Assembly (NCBI GenBank): GCA_965218795.1
Contig: OZ244653.1
Coordinates: 3,136,001 to 3,200,000 of the forward strand
Source: a bacterium
GTDB lineage: Bacteria > UBA8248 > JACPRG01 > G963555815
Length of the DNA: 64,000 nucleotides
Direction: 5' to 3'
Of this stretch, positions 19,901 through 30,344 are shown in pieces. Numbering within the stretch: the stretch's first letter is position 1; every line of letters starts with the position of its first letter. A program made the translations under genes and the position numbers. The notes below the pieces were generated by a model that made no database searches, was not told the DNA's origin, and saw nothing but the letters and a program-made list of their open reading frames with translations.

Positions 19901-21455
19901 GAGTCGGCTCCCGCATCGAATCAACAGACCATGAACCATTTCGGAGCGATGCCGTGCGTTCAGCCTTGGAGGCATTTTCCTTCAGAACTTGCACGACGGA
20001 CGCTTCCATCTTCTGCAAGAATGGTTTGGGGGCCAGTCCGATCCAAAAGACAAACAGGACGATGGGGACCAGAACCGCCCACTCCCTCGGATTGAGGTCG
20101 GGGAGTGACCGATTTTCATCCTGCGTCAACTCTCCGAAGATCACTCGCTGAACCATCCAGAGCATATAGACGGCTCCCAGGATGATCCCCAGCGCGGCCC
20201 ACGCGGTCGCCCAGCGGTGCACACGGAATGAACCCATCAAAAGGGTGAATTCACCGATGAACCCGTTCAGCCCCGGAAGCCCGATCGAAGAAAACGTAAT
20301 AATGAGAAAAATGACCGAGTAGGCCGGAATGATCTTGGCCAGCCCTCCGTACTGCGCCATGAGACGGGTATGCCGTCGCTCGTAGAGAATCCCGACCAGA
20401 AGGAACAAGGCACCGGTCGACAGCCCGTGATTCACCATCTGAAGGATTCCGCCTTCAATCCCCTGGACGTTTACCGCAAACAAACCCAACATGACGAACC
20501 CCAAGTGACTGACCGAGCTGTATGCCACCAATCGTTTGATATCTTCCTGGACAAAGGCCATCAAAGCTCCGTACAGGATCCCGATGACCGACAGAGCGAC
20601 GATGAACGGAGTAAAATCTCTTGCGGCCAGCGGAAAGAACGGAATCGCGAAACGAATGAAGCCATACGTCCCCATCTTCAGGAGGACGCCCGCCAGGATT
20701 ACACTCCCCGAGGTGGGGGCCTCCACATGGGCGTCCGGAAGCCAGGTATGGAATGGAAACATGGGGACCTTGATGGCGAAGGCCAGGAAAAACGCTCCAA
20801 ACAGCCACCACTGGACGTCGCCCGCGAGTCCGAGCCGATTCAGCGTGAAATAATCGAAGGTCAAGGCGCCGGTAGCCTTGTAATTCAGATACACCATCAC
20901 CAGAAGAGCGACCAGCATCAGGACGCTTCCGGCCATGGTGTAGAGAAAAAACTTCACTGCCGCGTAGATCCTTCGCTCCCCCCCCCAAACGCCGATGAGC
21001 AGCGCCATGGGAATCAGCATGACCTCCCAGAACACGTAAAAGAGGAACATGTCGAGGGCAACGAAGACCCCCAGCATGGCCGACTCGAGGACGAGCATGG
21101 CGATATAGAACCCCTTAATGCGGCGCTGGATCTCCCGCCAGGAGCTCAGGATGGCAAGCGGTGTCAGGAACACCGTCAGCAACACCATCCACAAACTGAT
21201 TCCATCCACCCCCAATCGATAGCCAATCCCGAAGGTGGGGATCCACTCGACGTTTTCCGAGAACTGCATCGCTGCCACATCTGGGCGGAATGAGATACAG
21301 AGGATCACGCCCAAAACAAACGTCGCCGTCGAGAAAATCAGGGCGATTCCCTTTAGCGTCGACGGCTCCCGGCGGCTCCATCCGCCCACCAGAAACGCGC
21401 CCGCCAGGGGAAGAAAAACAATCCAACTCAAAATGGGAAATTCCATCGAATCCAA
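19875..21455 (-). CDS. nuoM: NADH-quinone oxidoreductase subunit M (operon 2)
   Basis: FWEVMLIPM, AVKFFLYT, KVPMFPFHTWLPDAHVEAPT. Confidence 0.96.
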   Translation of the reverse strand: MDSMEFPILSWIVFLPLAGAFLVGGWSRREPSTLKGIALIFSTATFVLGVILCISFRPDVAAMQFSENVEWIPTFGIGYRLGVDGISLWMVLLTVFLTPLAILSSWREIQRRIKGFYIAMLVLESAMLGVFVALDMFLFYVFWEVMLIPMALLIGVWGGERRIYAAVKFFLYTMAGSVLMLVALLVMVYLNYKATGALTFDYFTLNRLGLAGDVQWWLFGAFFLAFAIKVPMFPFHTWLPDAHVEAPTSGSVILAGVLLKMGTYGFIRFAIPFFPLAARDFTPFIVALSVIGILYGALMAFVQEDIKRLVAYSSVSHLGFVMLGLFAVNVQGIEGGILQMVNHGLSTGALFLLVGILYERRHTRLMAQYGGLAKIIPAYSVIFLIITFSSIGLPGLNGFIGEFTLLMGSFRVHRWATAWAALGIILGAVYMLWMVQRVIFGELTQDENRSLPDLNPREWAVLVPIVLFVFWIGLAPKPFLQKMEASVVQVLKENASKAERTASLRNGSWSVDSMREPTRVARNSQR

Positions 21456-21493
21456 CCCGTCCCTATCCGGGATCGGCGCTCCGCTTCATTCCC

Positions 21494-23416
21494 TCAGCGC
21501 CACGTGTAAAACAGAGTAATCGCCAACACCCCAATCAACATCGAAAGCAGATAGGTCTTCGCGTAACCCGTTTGGAGAGTTCGAAAATATCCCGAAAAGT
21601 TTCGGAAGGTCCCGCCAATCCCATTCACCAGACCATCGACGATAATGACATCCACCCTCGCCCAGAGCGCATGGGCGACCGTTCCTAAAGGTACAACGAA
21701 GAGCGCGTCGTACATCTCATCCACATAGAATTTGTTGACGAACAGCCGGTAGAAACCCGGCAGCCTGTCCGCCGCACGCTTTGCCAGCTCGGGCCGGACC
21801 AGATACATCCGATTGGCCAGATAAATCCCCAATAGGGCCACGGCCAGGGAAATCAGCATCAAACCCAACTCCAGCCCCACGCTGCCGTGAGACGGCCCGT
21901 GGGCGCCGGGCAGTTTCGCCGCGCCCGCGAACACTGGTCCCAGGAAATCCCCGAACACATCGGCGCCGTGGATGATGGGAACCCCGATCCACCCACCGAT
22001 GACGGCCAGCACGCTCAGAACAATCAGTGGAAGGGTCATCACGGCGGGCGATTCGTGCGGACTGGGCGCCGCCGCCCCGCCAAACCGGAAGGACCCGTGG
22101 AATGTCAGAAACGTGCACCGAAACATGTAGAACGCCGTCAGGCCCGCCACGAGCACGCCGAAGATCCAGAAAACCGGATTCCCCTGCGACCATGCGTTCC
22201 AGAGGATGGCGTCCTTACTGAAAAACCCGGCCAGTGGAAAAACGCCGGCCAGTGCCAAGCCACCCGCTACAAAGGTCCAATACGTGGTCGGCATCTTTTT
22301 CCGCAGGCCGCCCATCTTCCGGATGTCCTGCTCCCCTCCCATCGCGTGGATGACGCTTCCCGAGCCCAGGAAAAGGAGGGCTTTGAAGAACGCGTGCGTC
22401 ATGAGGTGAAAAATGGCCGCGCCGAACGCGCCCACACCGCACGCCAGGAACATGTACCCCAGCTGGCTGATGGTGGAATACGCGAGAACTCGCTTGATAT
22501 CGGTCTGAACCAGGGCGATCAGAGCCGCCAGGAGAGCCGTGGCGGTCCCGATGACGGCAATCGTCATCAGCGCCGCCGGAGACAGAAGGAACAGAACGTG
22601 GGTCCGGGCGACCATGTAGACGCCAGCCGTCACCATGGTGGCCGCGTGAATCAAGGCGCTGACCGGCGTCGGTCCCTCCATGGCGTCGGGGAGCCAGGTA
22701 TAAAGAGGGATCTGCGCGGATTTTCCCGTGGCCCCCAGAAAGAGCAGAAGCGCAATGGCGGTCACGACCGCGCTTCCCGCGGCCAGCTTTTCGGGCGCGG
22801 CGGCGAAAACCTCTTTGAAATCCAGCGTTCCAAGGGTGGAGAAGAGCAGGAAGATCGCGATAGCGAATCCGAAATCCCCAATTCGATTGACGATGAAGGC
22901 CTTCTTCCCCGCGTCCGAGGCGGATTTCTTCTCGAACCAGAACCCGATAAGCAGGTAGGAGCACAGGCCGACACCCTCCCAGCCGACGAACATCAGGAAG
23001 AAGTTGTCAGCCAGCACCAGCAGCGACATGGCGAACAGGAACAGGTTCAGGTATGCGAAGTAGCGTGGCTGACCCGGATCGTCATGCATGTACCCGACGG
23101 AATATACGTGAATGACAAAGCCTACCCCTGTGACCACCAGAATCATGACGGCGGAGAGGGGGTCCAGAAGCAGAGAGGCTTTGATGACGAAATCCCCTGA
23201 GGCGATCCAGGTGTAGAGCGTGTGGTGAATCGAGCGTTCCGACGGCTCCAGGCTCAGAAGGCTGAAGAAGATCCATAAGGCCGCCGCGAAGCTCAATCCC
23301 GACGCAATGCAGGCGATGGCGCCCGCTCGCCGGGCTCCAGTCCAACGGCCGAACAGTCCGTTGACGACGGCGCCCAGGGCGGGGAACAGCGGAATCAGCC
23401 AGAGGTTTTCTTGCAT
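21494..23416 (-). CDS. nuoL: NADH-quinone oxidoreductase subunit L (operon 2)
   Basis: GWEGVGLCSYLLIGFW, KSAQIPLYTWLPDAMEGPTP; start at ATG 23416. Confidence 0.96.
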   Translation of the reverse strand: MQENLWLIPLFPALGAVVNGLFGRWTGARRAGAIACIASGLSFAAALWIFFSLLSLEPSERSIHHTLYTWIASGDFVIKASLLLDPLSAVMILVVTGVGFVIHVYSVGYMHDDPGQPRYFAYLNLFLFAMSLLVLADNFFLMFVGWEGVGLCSYLLIGFWFEKKSASDAGKKAFIVNRIGDFGFAIAIFLLFSTLGTLDFKEVFAAAPEKLAAGSAVVTAIALLLFLGATGKSAQIPLYTWLPDAMEGPTPVSALIHAATMVTAGVYMVARTHVLFLLSPAALMTIAVIGTATALLAALIALVQTDIKRVLAYSTISQLGYMFLACGVGAFGAAIFHLMTHAFFKALLFLGSGSVIHAMGGEQDIRKMGGLRKKMPTTYWTFVAGGLALAGVFPLAGFFSKDAILWNAWSQGNPVFWIFGVLVAGLTAFYMFRCTFLTFHGSFRFGGAAAPSPHESPAVMTLPLIVLSVLAVIGGWIGVPIIHGADVFGDFLGPVFAGAAKLPGAHGPSHGSVGLELGLMLISLAVALLGIYLANRMYLVRPELAKRAADRLPGFYRLFVNKFYVDEMYDALFVVPLGTVAHALWARVDVIIVDGLVNGIGGTFRNFSGYFRTLQTGYAKTYLLSMLIGVLAITLFYTWR

Positions 23417-23420
23417 GCCG

Positions 23421-23723
23421 TTACAAGCGGAGCAGGTTGACTTCGTCCACGTCAACCGACTGCTTATGCCGATAAATCGAGATGATAATGACGAGCCCCA
23501 CGGCGGCCTCAGCCGCCGCGACCGTCATCACAAAGAAAACGAGAATCTGCCCGTCCAAGGTTTGCAGAAATCGGGAAAACGCGACGAGCGTCAGGTTGGC
23601 CGCGTTCAGCATCAACTCGATGCACATGAAGATCACGATGGCATTTCGACGCAGGAGCACACCGATAACGCCGATCCCAAAGAGGATCGCGCTCAAAATC
23701 AGGTAGTGTGAGAGAGGAACCAA
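23421..23723 (-). CDS. nuoK: NADH-quinone oxidoreductase subunit K (operon 2)
   Basis: [29 protein letters not shown]; TTG start behind GGAGG. Confidence 0.94.
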   Translation of the reverse strand: MVPLSHYLILSAILFGIGVIGVLLRRNAIVIFMCIELMLNAANLTLVAFSRFLQTLDGQILVFFVMTVAAAEAAVGLVIIISIYRHKQSVDVDEVNLLRL

Positions 23724-23827
23724 CTCGTCTTTCCTCCGCTTTTCTCCGATTCCATGCCGAATCGATTCAGGTTGCCCTGGAACGACTTCCGAGGCGTCCA
23801 CCGGTAAATCGTTAACGCGGGGAGCGC

Positions 23828-24343
23828 CTAACCGGGACTCCGCCGGGCCAGGACCACTGCCCCGATGATCGCGACAAACAGTAAGATGGAAGTGATCTCA
23901 AAGGGCAGGAGATAGTCGGTGAACAGGAGCCAACCGATGGACTTCACTCCGCCAATCTCGGCCAACCGCTCCGGAGAGAAAGCTCCGACCGCTTCCGGAT
24001 TCTTCACGCCACGCATCCGAGCAAGAACGAAAATCAATAAACCGAGGGCAAAAACCAAGCCCGCGATTTTCTGGCCTTTCAGCCTGAGCGGCGTCCGCTT
24101 CTCCCGGCCGACGTTGAGCAACATGATGACAAACAAAAAGAGCACCATGATGGCCCCGGCGTAGATCAGCACTTGAATAGCGGCGAGGAATTCAGCGTGG
24201 AGGAGCAGGAAGATACAGGCCAGGCTGAACAGGGTCCCGATGAGGTACAGGGCGCTGTACACCGCGTTTTTCGAACAGAGCACCATCAGCGCCGTCACGA
24301 CTGAGATCACCGCAAAGACGTAAAACAGGATCATCGGCATCAT
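23828..24343 (-). CDS. nuoJ: NADH-quinone oxidoreductase subunit J (operon 2)
   Basis: [29 protein letters not shown]. Confidence 0.95.
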   Translation of the reverse strand: MMPMILFYVFAVISVVTALMVLCSKNAVYSALYLIGTLFSLACIFLLLHAEFLAAIQVLIYAGAIMVLFLFVIMLLNVGREKRTPLRLKGQKIAGLVFALGLLIFVLARMRGVKNPEAVGAFSPERLAEIGGVKSIGWLLFTDYLLPFEITSILLFVAIIGAVVLARRSPG

Positions 24344-24861
24344 GGGGCCGGGTTCTCTGATTTGGGGACACGCCTCCCACCGATCGGGACGGTGTCATGC
24401 TTGGGCTCGGGCTCTTTTCGGAGAGATTCCGGCATCGGCACCAAGAGCCTATCCTTCGTGTACAGCATCGACTCGCGGGTATAGTCGCAGAACTCGTACG
24501 CTTCCCCCATGACGATGGCGTCCACCGGGCAGGCCTCGTCGCACATCCCGCAATAAATACATCGCAGCTCGTTGATCTCATATACCGAGGCGTATCGTTC
24601 CCCGGGCGATACCCGGTTTTCCGCCGTGTTCTCCTCCGACTCGATATAGATGCAATCCACCGGGCAGGCGGCCTGGCAAAGCTTGCAGCCGATACAGCGT
24701 TCCATGCCCGCATAGGGGCCGTCTTCATACCGCATCAGCTTGTGGAGCCCGCGGTATCCCGGCACCATGGGCGCCTTTTCTTCCGGATATTGAACCGTGA
24801 TGGGTTTTTTAAAAAGATGCCGGAACGTCAGGGCCAGCCCTTTTCCCAGTTCGGTAATCAT
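24340..24861 (-). CDS. nuoI: NADH-quinone oxidoreductase subunit I (operon 2)
   Basis: TVQYPEEK, two ferredoxin motifs [12 protein letters not shown] and [12 protein letters not shown]. Confidence 0.96.
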   Translation of the reverse strand: MITELGKGLALTFRHLFKKPITVQYPEEKAPMVPGYRGLHKLMRYEDGPYAGMERCIGCKLCQAACPVDCIYIESEENTAENRVSPGERYASVYEINELRCIYCGMCDEACPVDAIVMGEAYEFCDYTRESMLYTKDRLLVPMPESLRKEPEPKHDTVPIGGRRVPKSENPAP

Positions 24862-24889
24862 CCTGCCGCCCTCCTGAGCGGCGTCGCCC

Positions 24890-25873
24890 TCAACCCCAGA
24901 ACGCCAGCACCGCACTCGTGATCAGGATGTTGGCCAGGGACAGCGGCAACAACACCTTCCAACCGTAGTCCATCAACTGGTCGTAACGGAGCCGAGGAAA
25001 CGTGGCCCGCAGCCAGATGAAAAAGAACAGAAAGCAAAATGTCTTGATGAGAAACCACACCACGGGCGGCAAGAGGGGGCCTCTCCATCCGCCCAAAAAC
25101 AAAGTGGAAGCCAAGGCCGAAATGGTGATCATAGCCGCGTACTCGCCCATAAAGAACATGGCAAATTTCATGCTGCTGTATTCCGTGTGATACCCGGCGA
25201 CCAGCTCCGTCTCCGCCTCCGGCAGATCGAAGGGAGCCCGATTGACCTCGGCCACCCCTGCAACCACGAACAGAAGAAATCCCAGAGGCTGCAACAGCAA
25301 GAAGGGAACCTTCGACTGAGCGTTCACAATCTCCACCAAGCTCAGGGAACCGGCCATCATGATAACGCCCACGGTCGATAACCCGAGGGTCAGCTCATAG
25401 CTAATCATCTGGGCCGAAGACCGGAGACCCCCGAGCAGGGAATATTTGCTGTTGGACGACCATCCGGCCATGACAAAACCCAGCACCCCCAGAGACGATA
25501 GCGCAAAGAAATACAGGAGCCCTACGTTGACATCCGCGATGACCAGATCGATGGACATGCCCATGACCTTCACGGAGCTGCCAAAGGGAATAATGGCGAA
25601 GGACGCGAGGGCGGGCACAAGGGTGACCATCGGGGCCACCACGAAGATTGCCTTGTTGGCCTCCCGCGGGATAACGTCTTCTTTGAAAAAAAGCTTGATG
25701 CCGTCGGCAATCGGCTGGAGGAGGCCGTGGAAGCCAACGCGCATCGGTCCCAGCCGCACCTGAATGCGCCCGAGCAATTTCCGCTCCACATACGTCATGT
25801 AAGCAACGGTGAGCAGGAGGATATGGAAGACGATGAGAATCTTCACCACCGTCGCGAGTACGAAGGCCATCAT
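24890..25873 (-). CDS. nuoH: NADH-quinone oxidoreductase subunit H (operon 2)
   Basis: [39 protein letters not shown]. Confidence 0.96.
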   Translation of the reverse strand: MMAFVLATVVKILIVFHILLLTVAYMTYVERKLLGRIQVRLGPMRVGFHGLLQPIADGIKLFFKEDVIPREANKAIFVVAPMVTLVPALASFAIIPFGSSVKVMGMSIDLVIADVNVGLLYFFALSSLGVLGFVMAGWSSNSKYSLLGGLRSSAQMISYELTLGLSTVGVIMMAGSLSLVEIVNAQSKVPFLLLQPLGFLLFVVAGVAEVNRAPFDLPEAETELVAGYHTEYSSMKFAMFFMGEYAAMITISALASTLFLGGWRGPLLPPVVWFLIKTFCFLFFFIWLRATFPRLRYDQLMDYGWKVLLPLSLANILITSAVLAFWG

Positions 25874-28443
25874 CCGGGGAGCGCCTCCAGCACATCGGTC
25901 GGCTCCATTCCGGCAGTCGGGACCATTTCCTCAGGCGACAAGAGAGCGTTGGAAGGACTTTTCCCCACCCCGCTCGGCACATACACCAACCCCGGGGGCG
26001 TCTTGCGATCGACCCGAACCGTGACGGGTATCCGCCCCCGATTCGTGAAAAGGGTCACGAAATCTCCATCCGCAAGACCCATGGAATCCGCTGTCTCCGG
26101 ATGCAATTCCCCGTAGGCCTGGGGACCGGCCGCCTGAATCGCGCGCGATTCCGCGACCATCGGACCCGAGGCAAACAGCTGCGGAGAGGTCATGAGTCTT
26201 AGCGCGGAACCGTCTGACGAGCCTCTCGGCGTCTCCCTCGCAGATGGCTCCGGCACTTCGAGGGTTCCCCCCCTCAGGTCTTCCGCCTCCCATTGGCAGC
26301 CGCCATCTCCCAAGCCGTGATTCGCCAATCCCGCATAAGCCGGAACGACACGGGCGATTTCCTCCTGGACACCCTTCAGACCGCCTGAGAGTTGAGGAGC
26401 GCCCATCTGGTGGATCAATTCCAGAATGACCTCCCACTCCGGCCGCGCGGCGGATTTCGGAAGGAGAGCAACGCCAAGGGCCTGAACCTGCCGTCCCAGC
26501 CCGGTGACTGTCCCTTCCATCTCCGTAACCGTCCTGGCGGGGAGAACCGCATCGGCAAATTCCGCACAGGCGTTCGGCAAACTGTCCTGAACCACGAGAA
26601 AGTCGAGTCTGGAAATCGCGCTGCGAAGGCTCTCCGGATCCGGGCAATCCCGCAGGGGGTCGGCGCTCAGAAGATAGAGACCCTTGATTCGGCCTTCTCG
26701 GATTCCCGCCGCAATGCCGCCCGTGTCGAGACCTGCCCGTTCCGGGTACTTCAGGATGCCCGCCTCGAAAAGCTCGTTATCCCGCCCCACCGGCCGGTAC
26801 CCGGGGAAGGCATACGGCAGACAACCCATATCCATCGCGCCCTGGAGATTCGGGCCCGTGTGGAGATAACCGCCTTTGGCTTCCGGAAGGGCCGCCTCCA
26901 AGCGGGCAAAAGAGGAGGCAGCGATCGGGTCTCCCACTCCGGGTCCCATCAATAGGGCGCACCCGGGCGCTTCCCCGAGAATTTCCGCCGCGCGCCGCAG
27001 GTCTTCAGTCTTCACGCCGGCCGATTCCGCATGTCCTTCCACCGAGCCCTCCGACCCGGCGGGCAACGTCAAATCAGAGTGCGCCTCGCCCAGGGCGCAC
27101 CACAGACCGGACACCAGAGCCCGTTCCGCCCCGGGGGCATACATCAGACGAACGGCCACCGGCGCGTTGATCGAAACGCGCCTCGGGTGGGCCATGACAA
27201 GGGGGGCCCCTGCCTTGACGGCCTTCCTCAAGCGAATGGCCAGGATCGGATGTTCGTAGAAAAGATCGGAACCGATCAGAAAAACGGAGGAAACGGTTTC
27301 CAAATCCTCGAAGCTCAAGCTCATCCCGGGGTATCCCCGGGCGGCGTTGAATCCATCCGTCCCCGCGATATCGAATGGCCGCGTCCGCGCATCGACATGA
27401 TTTGTTCCCAGCGCGCCCCGGAGGAACTTTTGAAACAGATAGGCGGCCTCATTGGTGGATCGGCCCCCCCCAATCCCCGCGATCGCCTCGGCGCCGTGCG
27501 TCTCCCGAACCTGACGGAACCCCTCCACCACGCGGGTCAGACACTCCTCCCACGTCTTCCCCGATCGGTCCCCTTTTCGGCCGAGGGCCGGGGTCCGAGA
27601 ACGGTTCGGACTGCATACGAACTCCATCCCCCAGCGTCCGGCGTCACAGATCCACGTCTCGTTGACGGCTTCATTGAATCCGGCCGTCACGCGTTTGATG
27701 TCGTTTTCCCGGGTCCACACCCTGCTTTGGCATTGGACAGGACATAAAAGGCAGGGCGTCTCAACTGAATCCATCTCCCAGACGCGGGCCTTGAATCGGT
27801 AGGGCTTGTTGGTCAGCGCGCCAACGGGGCAAATGTCAATCACGTTGCCCGACACCGTGGACTTCACGGAAACGTCGAAATCATGGTACGTGTCGACCAT
27901 CGTCCGGTCCCCGCGCTCCACGAAACCGAACTCACTGGCTCCGTCGATCTCCTCGCTGAAACGGATGCAACGGGTGCAGTGGACACAGCGGTTCATCTCC
28001 GGCTCGATGAAGGGGCTGATGTCCAGCTTCGGATAGGTTCGCCGCACAAACTCATTCCGTGTCAGCGAATCGCCGAACCCCAGGGTGATGTCCTGGAGCG
28101 GGCATTCGCCTCCCTGGTCGCAAATCGGGCAATCCAGAGGGTGATTCAAGAGGAGGAATTCGACGACCGCCTTCTGGGCCTGGACGGCGACATCCGATTT
28201 CGTCGAAACCACCATCCCATCGGCCACGGGAGTCGAGCAGGCAGTAAAAGGGCGGGGAGCCGCGCCGGGAGGCGGAGCGGGCTGCTGGATCTCCACCATG
28301 CACTGGCGGCACTGGGCGACCACCGAGAGCTTCGGGTGGTAGCAGAACCGGGGGATATAGATCCCCAGCCGATCGGCCGCCTGGATGATCGTCGAGCCCG
28401 GCTCGACCTCGGTGGTCTGCCCGTCAATGGTGACGGTCGGCAT
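25870..28443 (-). CDS. nuoG: NADH-quinone oxidoreductase subunit G (operon 2)
   Basis: PRFCYH..CRQC (N1b), HPLDCPICDQGGEC (N5), CVHCTRC...DICPVGAL (N4), CLLCPVQC...C (N7). Confidence 0.95.
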   Translation of the reverse strand: MPTVTIDGQTTEVEPGSTIIQAADRLGIYIPRFCYHPKLSVVAQCRQCMVEIQQPAPPPGAAPRPFTACSTPVADGMVVSTKSDVAVQAQKAVVEFLLLNHPLDCPICDQGGECPLQDITLGFGDSLTRNEFVRRTYPKLDISPFIEPEMNRCVHCTRCIRFSEEIDGASEFGFVERGDRTMVDTYHDFDVSVKSTVSGNVIDICPVGALTNKPYRFKARVWEMDSVETPCLLCPVQCQSRVWTRENDIKRVTAGFNEAVNETWICDAGRWGMEFVCSPNRSRTPALGRKGDRSGKTWEECLTRVVEGFRQVRETHGAEAIAGIGGGRSTNEAAYLFQKFLRGALGTNHVDARTRPFDIAGTDGFNAARGYPGMSLSFEDLETVSSVFLIGSDLFYEHPILAIRLRKAVKAGAPLVMAHPRRVSINAPVAVRLMYAPGAERALVSGLWCALGEAHSDLTLPAGSEGSVEGHAESAGVKTEDLRRAAEILGEAPGCALLMGPGVGDPIAASSFARLEAALPEAKGGYLHTGPNLQGAMDMGCLPYAFPGYRPVGRDNELFEAGILKYPERAGLDTGGIAAGIREGRIKGLYLLSADPLRDCPDPESLRSAISRLDFLVVQDSLPNACAEFADAVLPARTVTEMEGTVTGLGRQVQALGVALLPKSAARPEWEVILELIHQMGAPQLSGGLKGVQEEIARVVPAYAGLANHGLGDGGCQWEAEDLRGGTLEVPEPSARETPRGSSDGSALRLMTSPQLFASGPMVAESRAIQAAGPQAYGELHPETADSMGLADGDFVTLFTNRGRIPVTVRVDRKTPPGLVYVPSGVGKSPSNALLSPEEMVPTAGMEPTDVLEALPG

Positions 28444-28446
28444 TGG

Positions 28447-29736
28447 CTATCCACCCCCTTGGGCGATCGCGGGCGCCCGCCGAATATAGGCTTCAAACTC
28501 ATGGCGAAATTTTCGGATACCGCTTTCGAGGGGTCCGCAGGCGGCATCCCCCAGCGGGCACAAGCAACGGCCGCCCTTGATGTTCGCCGCCATTTCCAGC
28601 AGCAGATCCTGATCTTCCTGTCTCCCTTCCCCATCCAGAATCCGCCTCAGGATGCGATACGACCAACCCGTGCCCTCGCGGCAGGGCGTGCATTGACCGC
28701 AGGATTCGTGACGGAAGAACCGGAGCAGGATGTAGGTGGCGCGAACGATGTCGGTGGTCTCGTCCATGACGATGACCGCTCCCGAGCCGCCCATGGTCCC
28801 AATGGCGGCGAGTGTGTCGAAGCCCATCTGCACGTCAATCTCATCAGCCGTGATCATCGGCGCAGACGCCCCGCCGGGGATCACCGCTTTGAGCTGCTTT
28901 CCGCCGGGTATCCCGCATGCATGGCCGTAGATGAGTTCGCGGCAGGTGACGTTCAGCGGAAGCTCGTAGCAACCGGGACGCTCGACGTGGCCGCTGACGG
29001 CGAATACGCGCGTTCCCGTATTCCGCTCGAATCCGATACCGGCGAACCACTCCGGACCGTTGTTGATGATGGAGGACAGAAAGCAAAGCGTCTCCACGTT
29101 GTTGACGACGGTCGGACTTGCGTAAAGACCCTGGAGCGCAGGAAACGGCGGTTTCGGCCGGGGCTGGCCGCGCTTGCCCTCCAGCGATTCGAGAAGGCCC
29201 GTCTCCTCCCCGCAAATATAGGCCCCCGCGCCCCGGTGGAGATGGATTTCCACGTTCAGCCCCTTTCCGAGGATGTCCCGGCCCAGGAGGCCCGCCTGGT
29301 ACGCCTCCTCCACGGCGGCTCGAATTCGGCGGTAGGCCAGTCCGAATTCCCCCCGGACATAGAGGTAAGCGGTTGGGATGCCGACGGCATAGCAGGCGAT
29401 CAGGATTCCTTCCAGGAGCAAATGGGGGTCTTCTTCCATCAGCAACCGGTCCTTGAAGGTTCCCGGCTCGCTCTCGTCGCCGTTCACGCAGAGGTACTTG
29501 GGCCCGGGGTGGTCCTTCGGGACAAAGCCCCACTTCACACCCGTGGGGAAACCCGCGCCCCCCCGTCCGCGCAGACCGGAGGCCTTGACCGTCTCGATGA
29601 CTTCCCCTGGGTCGCGCCGTTCGTCCAAGATATTCTGAATCGCCTGGTACGCCCCGTTGGCCCGTGCGCCCTCCAGCGTGTGGCTGCCTTCCAGGTGGAC
29701 GTTCTTTGTGACGATCGGGAGAATTTCCACGCTCAC
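28447..29736 (-). CDS. nuoF: NADH-quinone oxidoreductase subunit F (operon 2)
   Basis: GLRGRGGAGFPTGVKW, DESEPGTFKDR, GAGAYICGEET, ESCGQCTPCREG; GTGA overlap with nuoE stop. Confidence 0.96.
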   Translation of the reverse strand: MSVEILPIVTKNVHLEGSHTLEGARANGAYQAIQNILDERRDPGEVIETVKASGLRGRGGAGFPTGVKWGFVPKDHPGPKYLCVNGDESEPGTFKDRLLMEEDPHLLLEGILIACYAVGIPTAYLYVRGEFGLAYRRIRAAVEEAYQAGLLGRDILGKGLNVEIHLHRGAGAYICGEETGLLESLEGKRGQPRPKPPFPALQGLYASPTVVNNVETLCFLSSIINNGPEWFAGIGFERNTGTRVFAVSGHVERPGCYELPLNVTCRELIYGHACGIPGGKQLKAVIPGGASAPMITADEIDVQMGFDTLAAIGTMGGSGAVIVMDETTDIVRATYILLRFFRHESCGQCTPCREGTGWSYRILRRILDGEGRQEDQDLLLEMAANIKGGRCLCPLGDAACGPLESGIRKFRHEFEAYIRRAPAIAQGGG

Positions 29737-30344
29737 GGTGACTCTTTCCCCCCGGACGATTCGGGCGAGGAATCCCCTCCGTCTTCCCCGGATGGAATGG
29801 CTTTCGGACCGGCATCGGCCTCCGCCGTCCCTCCGTTGGCCGTTCCTTTTGACCATTGGTCGATCAATTCATCCAGTCGTTCCGGCGTCAGGTCCACAAT
29901 CAACTCGTCATTGCACCACATCATCGGAGCCCGATCGCAGGCCCCCAGGCATTCGGCCCGCGCCAGGGAAAAACGACGGTCCCGGGAGACCCCTCCCACC
30001 CGAATCCCGAGTTTTCCCTCCAGGTGCTTGATGATGTTCTCCGCCCCCGCCAGGAAACAACTCAGGTTGTGACAGACCCACAGATGGCGCTCGCCGACCG
30101 GCTCGGTGTGAAGCATCTCGTAGAAGCTGGTCACGCTGAGCACATCCATCGGGGAAAGCTCCAGAAGGTCGGCGACGTACTGGATGGCCGCCGGGGAGAG
30201 ATGGCCAAACTCCTCCTGTGCGAGGCGCAGCGTCGGGATCAGCGCGGACCTTCTCCGGTCTTCCGGATACCGGGCGCAGATTCGCTCGAATTCGGCCGTG
30301 CCGTCATCGGAGAACCTCATGGCGGTTCCGTGGCTGTCACTCAA
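29733..30344 (-). CDS. nuoE: NADH-quinone oxidoreductase subunit E (operon 2)
   Basis: VTSFY, VCHNLSC, ECLGACDRAP (N1a); low-complexity C-terminal tail. Confidence 0.94.
   Translation of the reverse strand: MSDSHGTAMRFSDDGTAEFERICARYPEDRRRSALIPTLRLAQEEFGHLSPAAIQYVADLLELSPMDVLSVTSFYEMLHTEPVGERHLWVCHNLSCFLAGAENIIKHLEGKLGIRVGGVSRDRRFSLARAECLGACDRAPMMWCNDELIVDLTPERLDELIDQWSKGTANGGTAEADAGPKAIPSGEDGGDSSPESSGGKESP

Noticed and set aside
9824-21455. 2M-type complex I (two nuoM genes in one operon)
   Set aside because: The two nuoM genes belong to separate operons, each with a single L-M-N set
27883-30072. Long antisense ORFs (729 aa here; also 6651..8339, 15365..17080, 33512..35164, 36183..37976, 45824..47248)
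   Set aside because: Shadow frames opposite well-supported genes in high-GC DNA; no recognisable motifs
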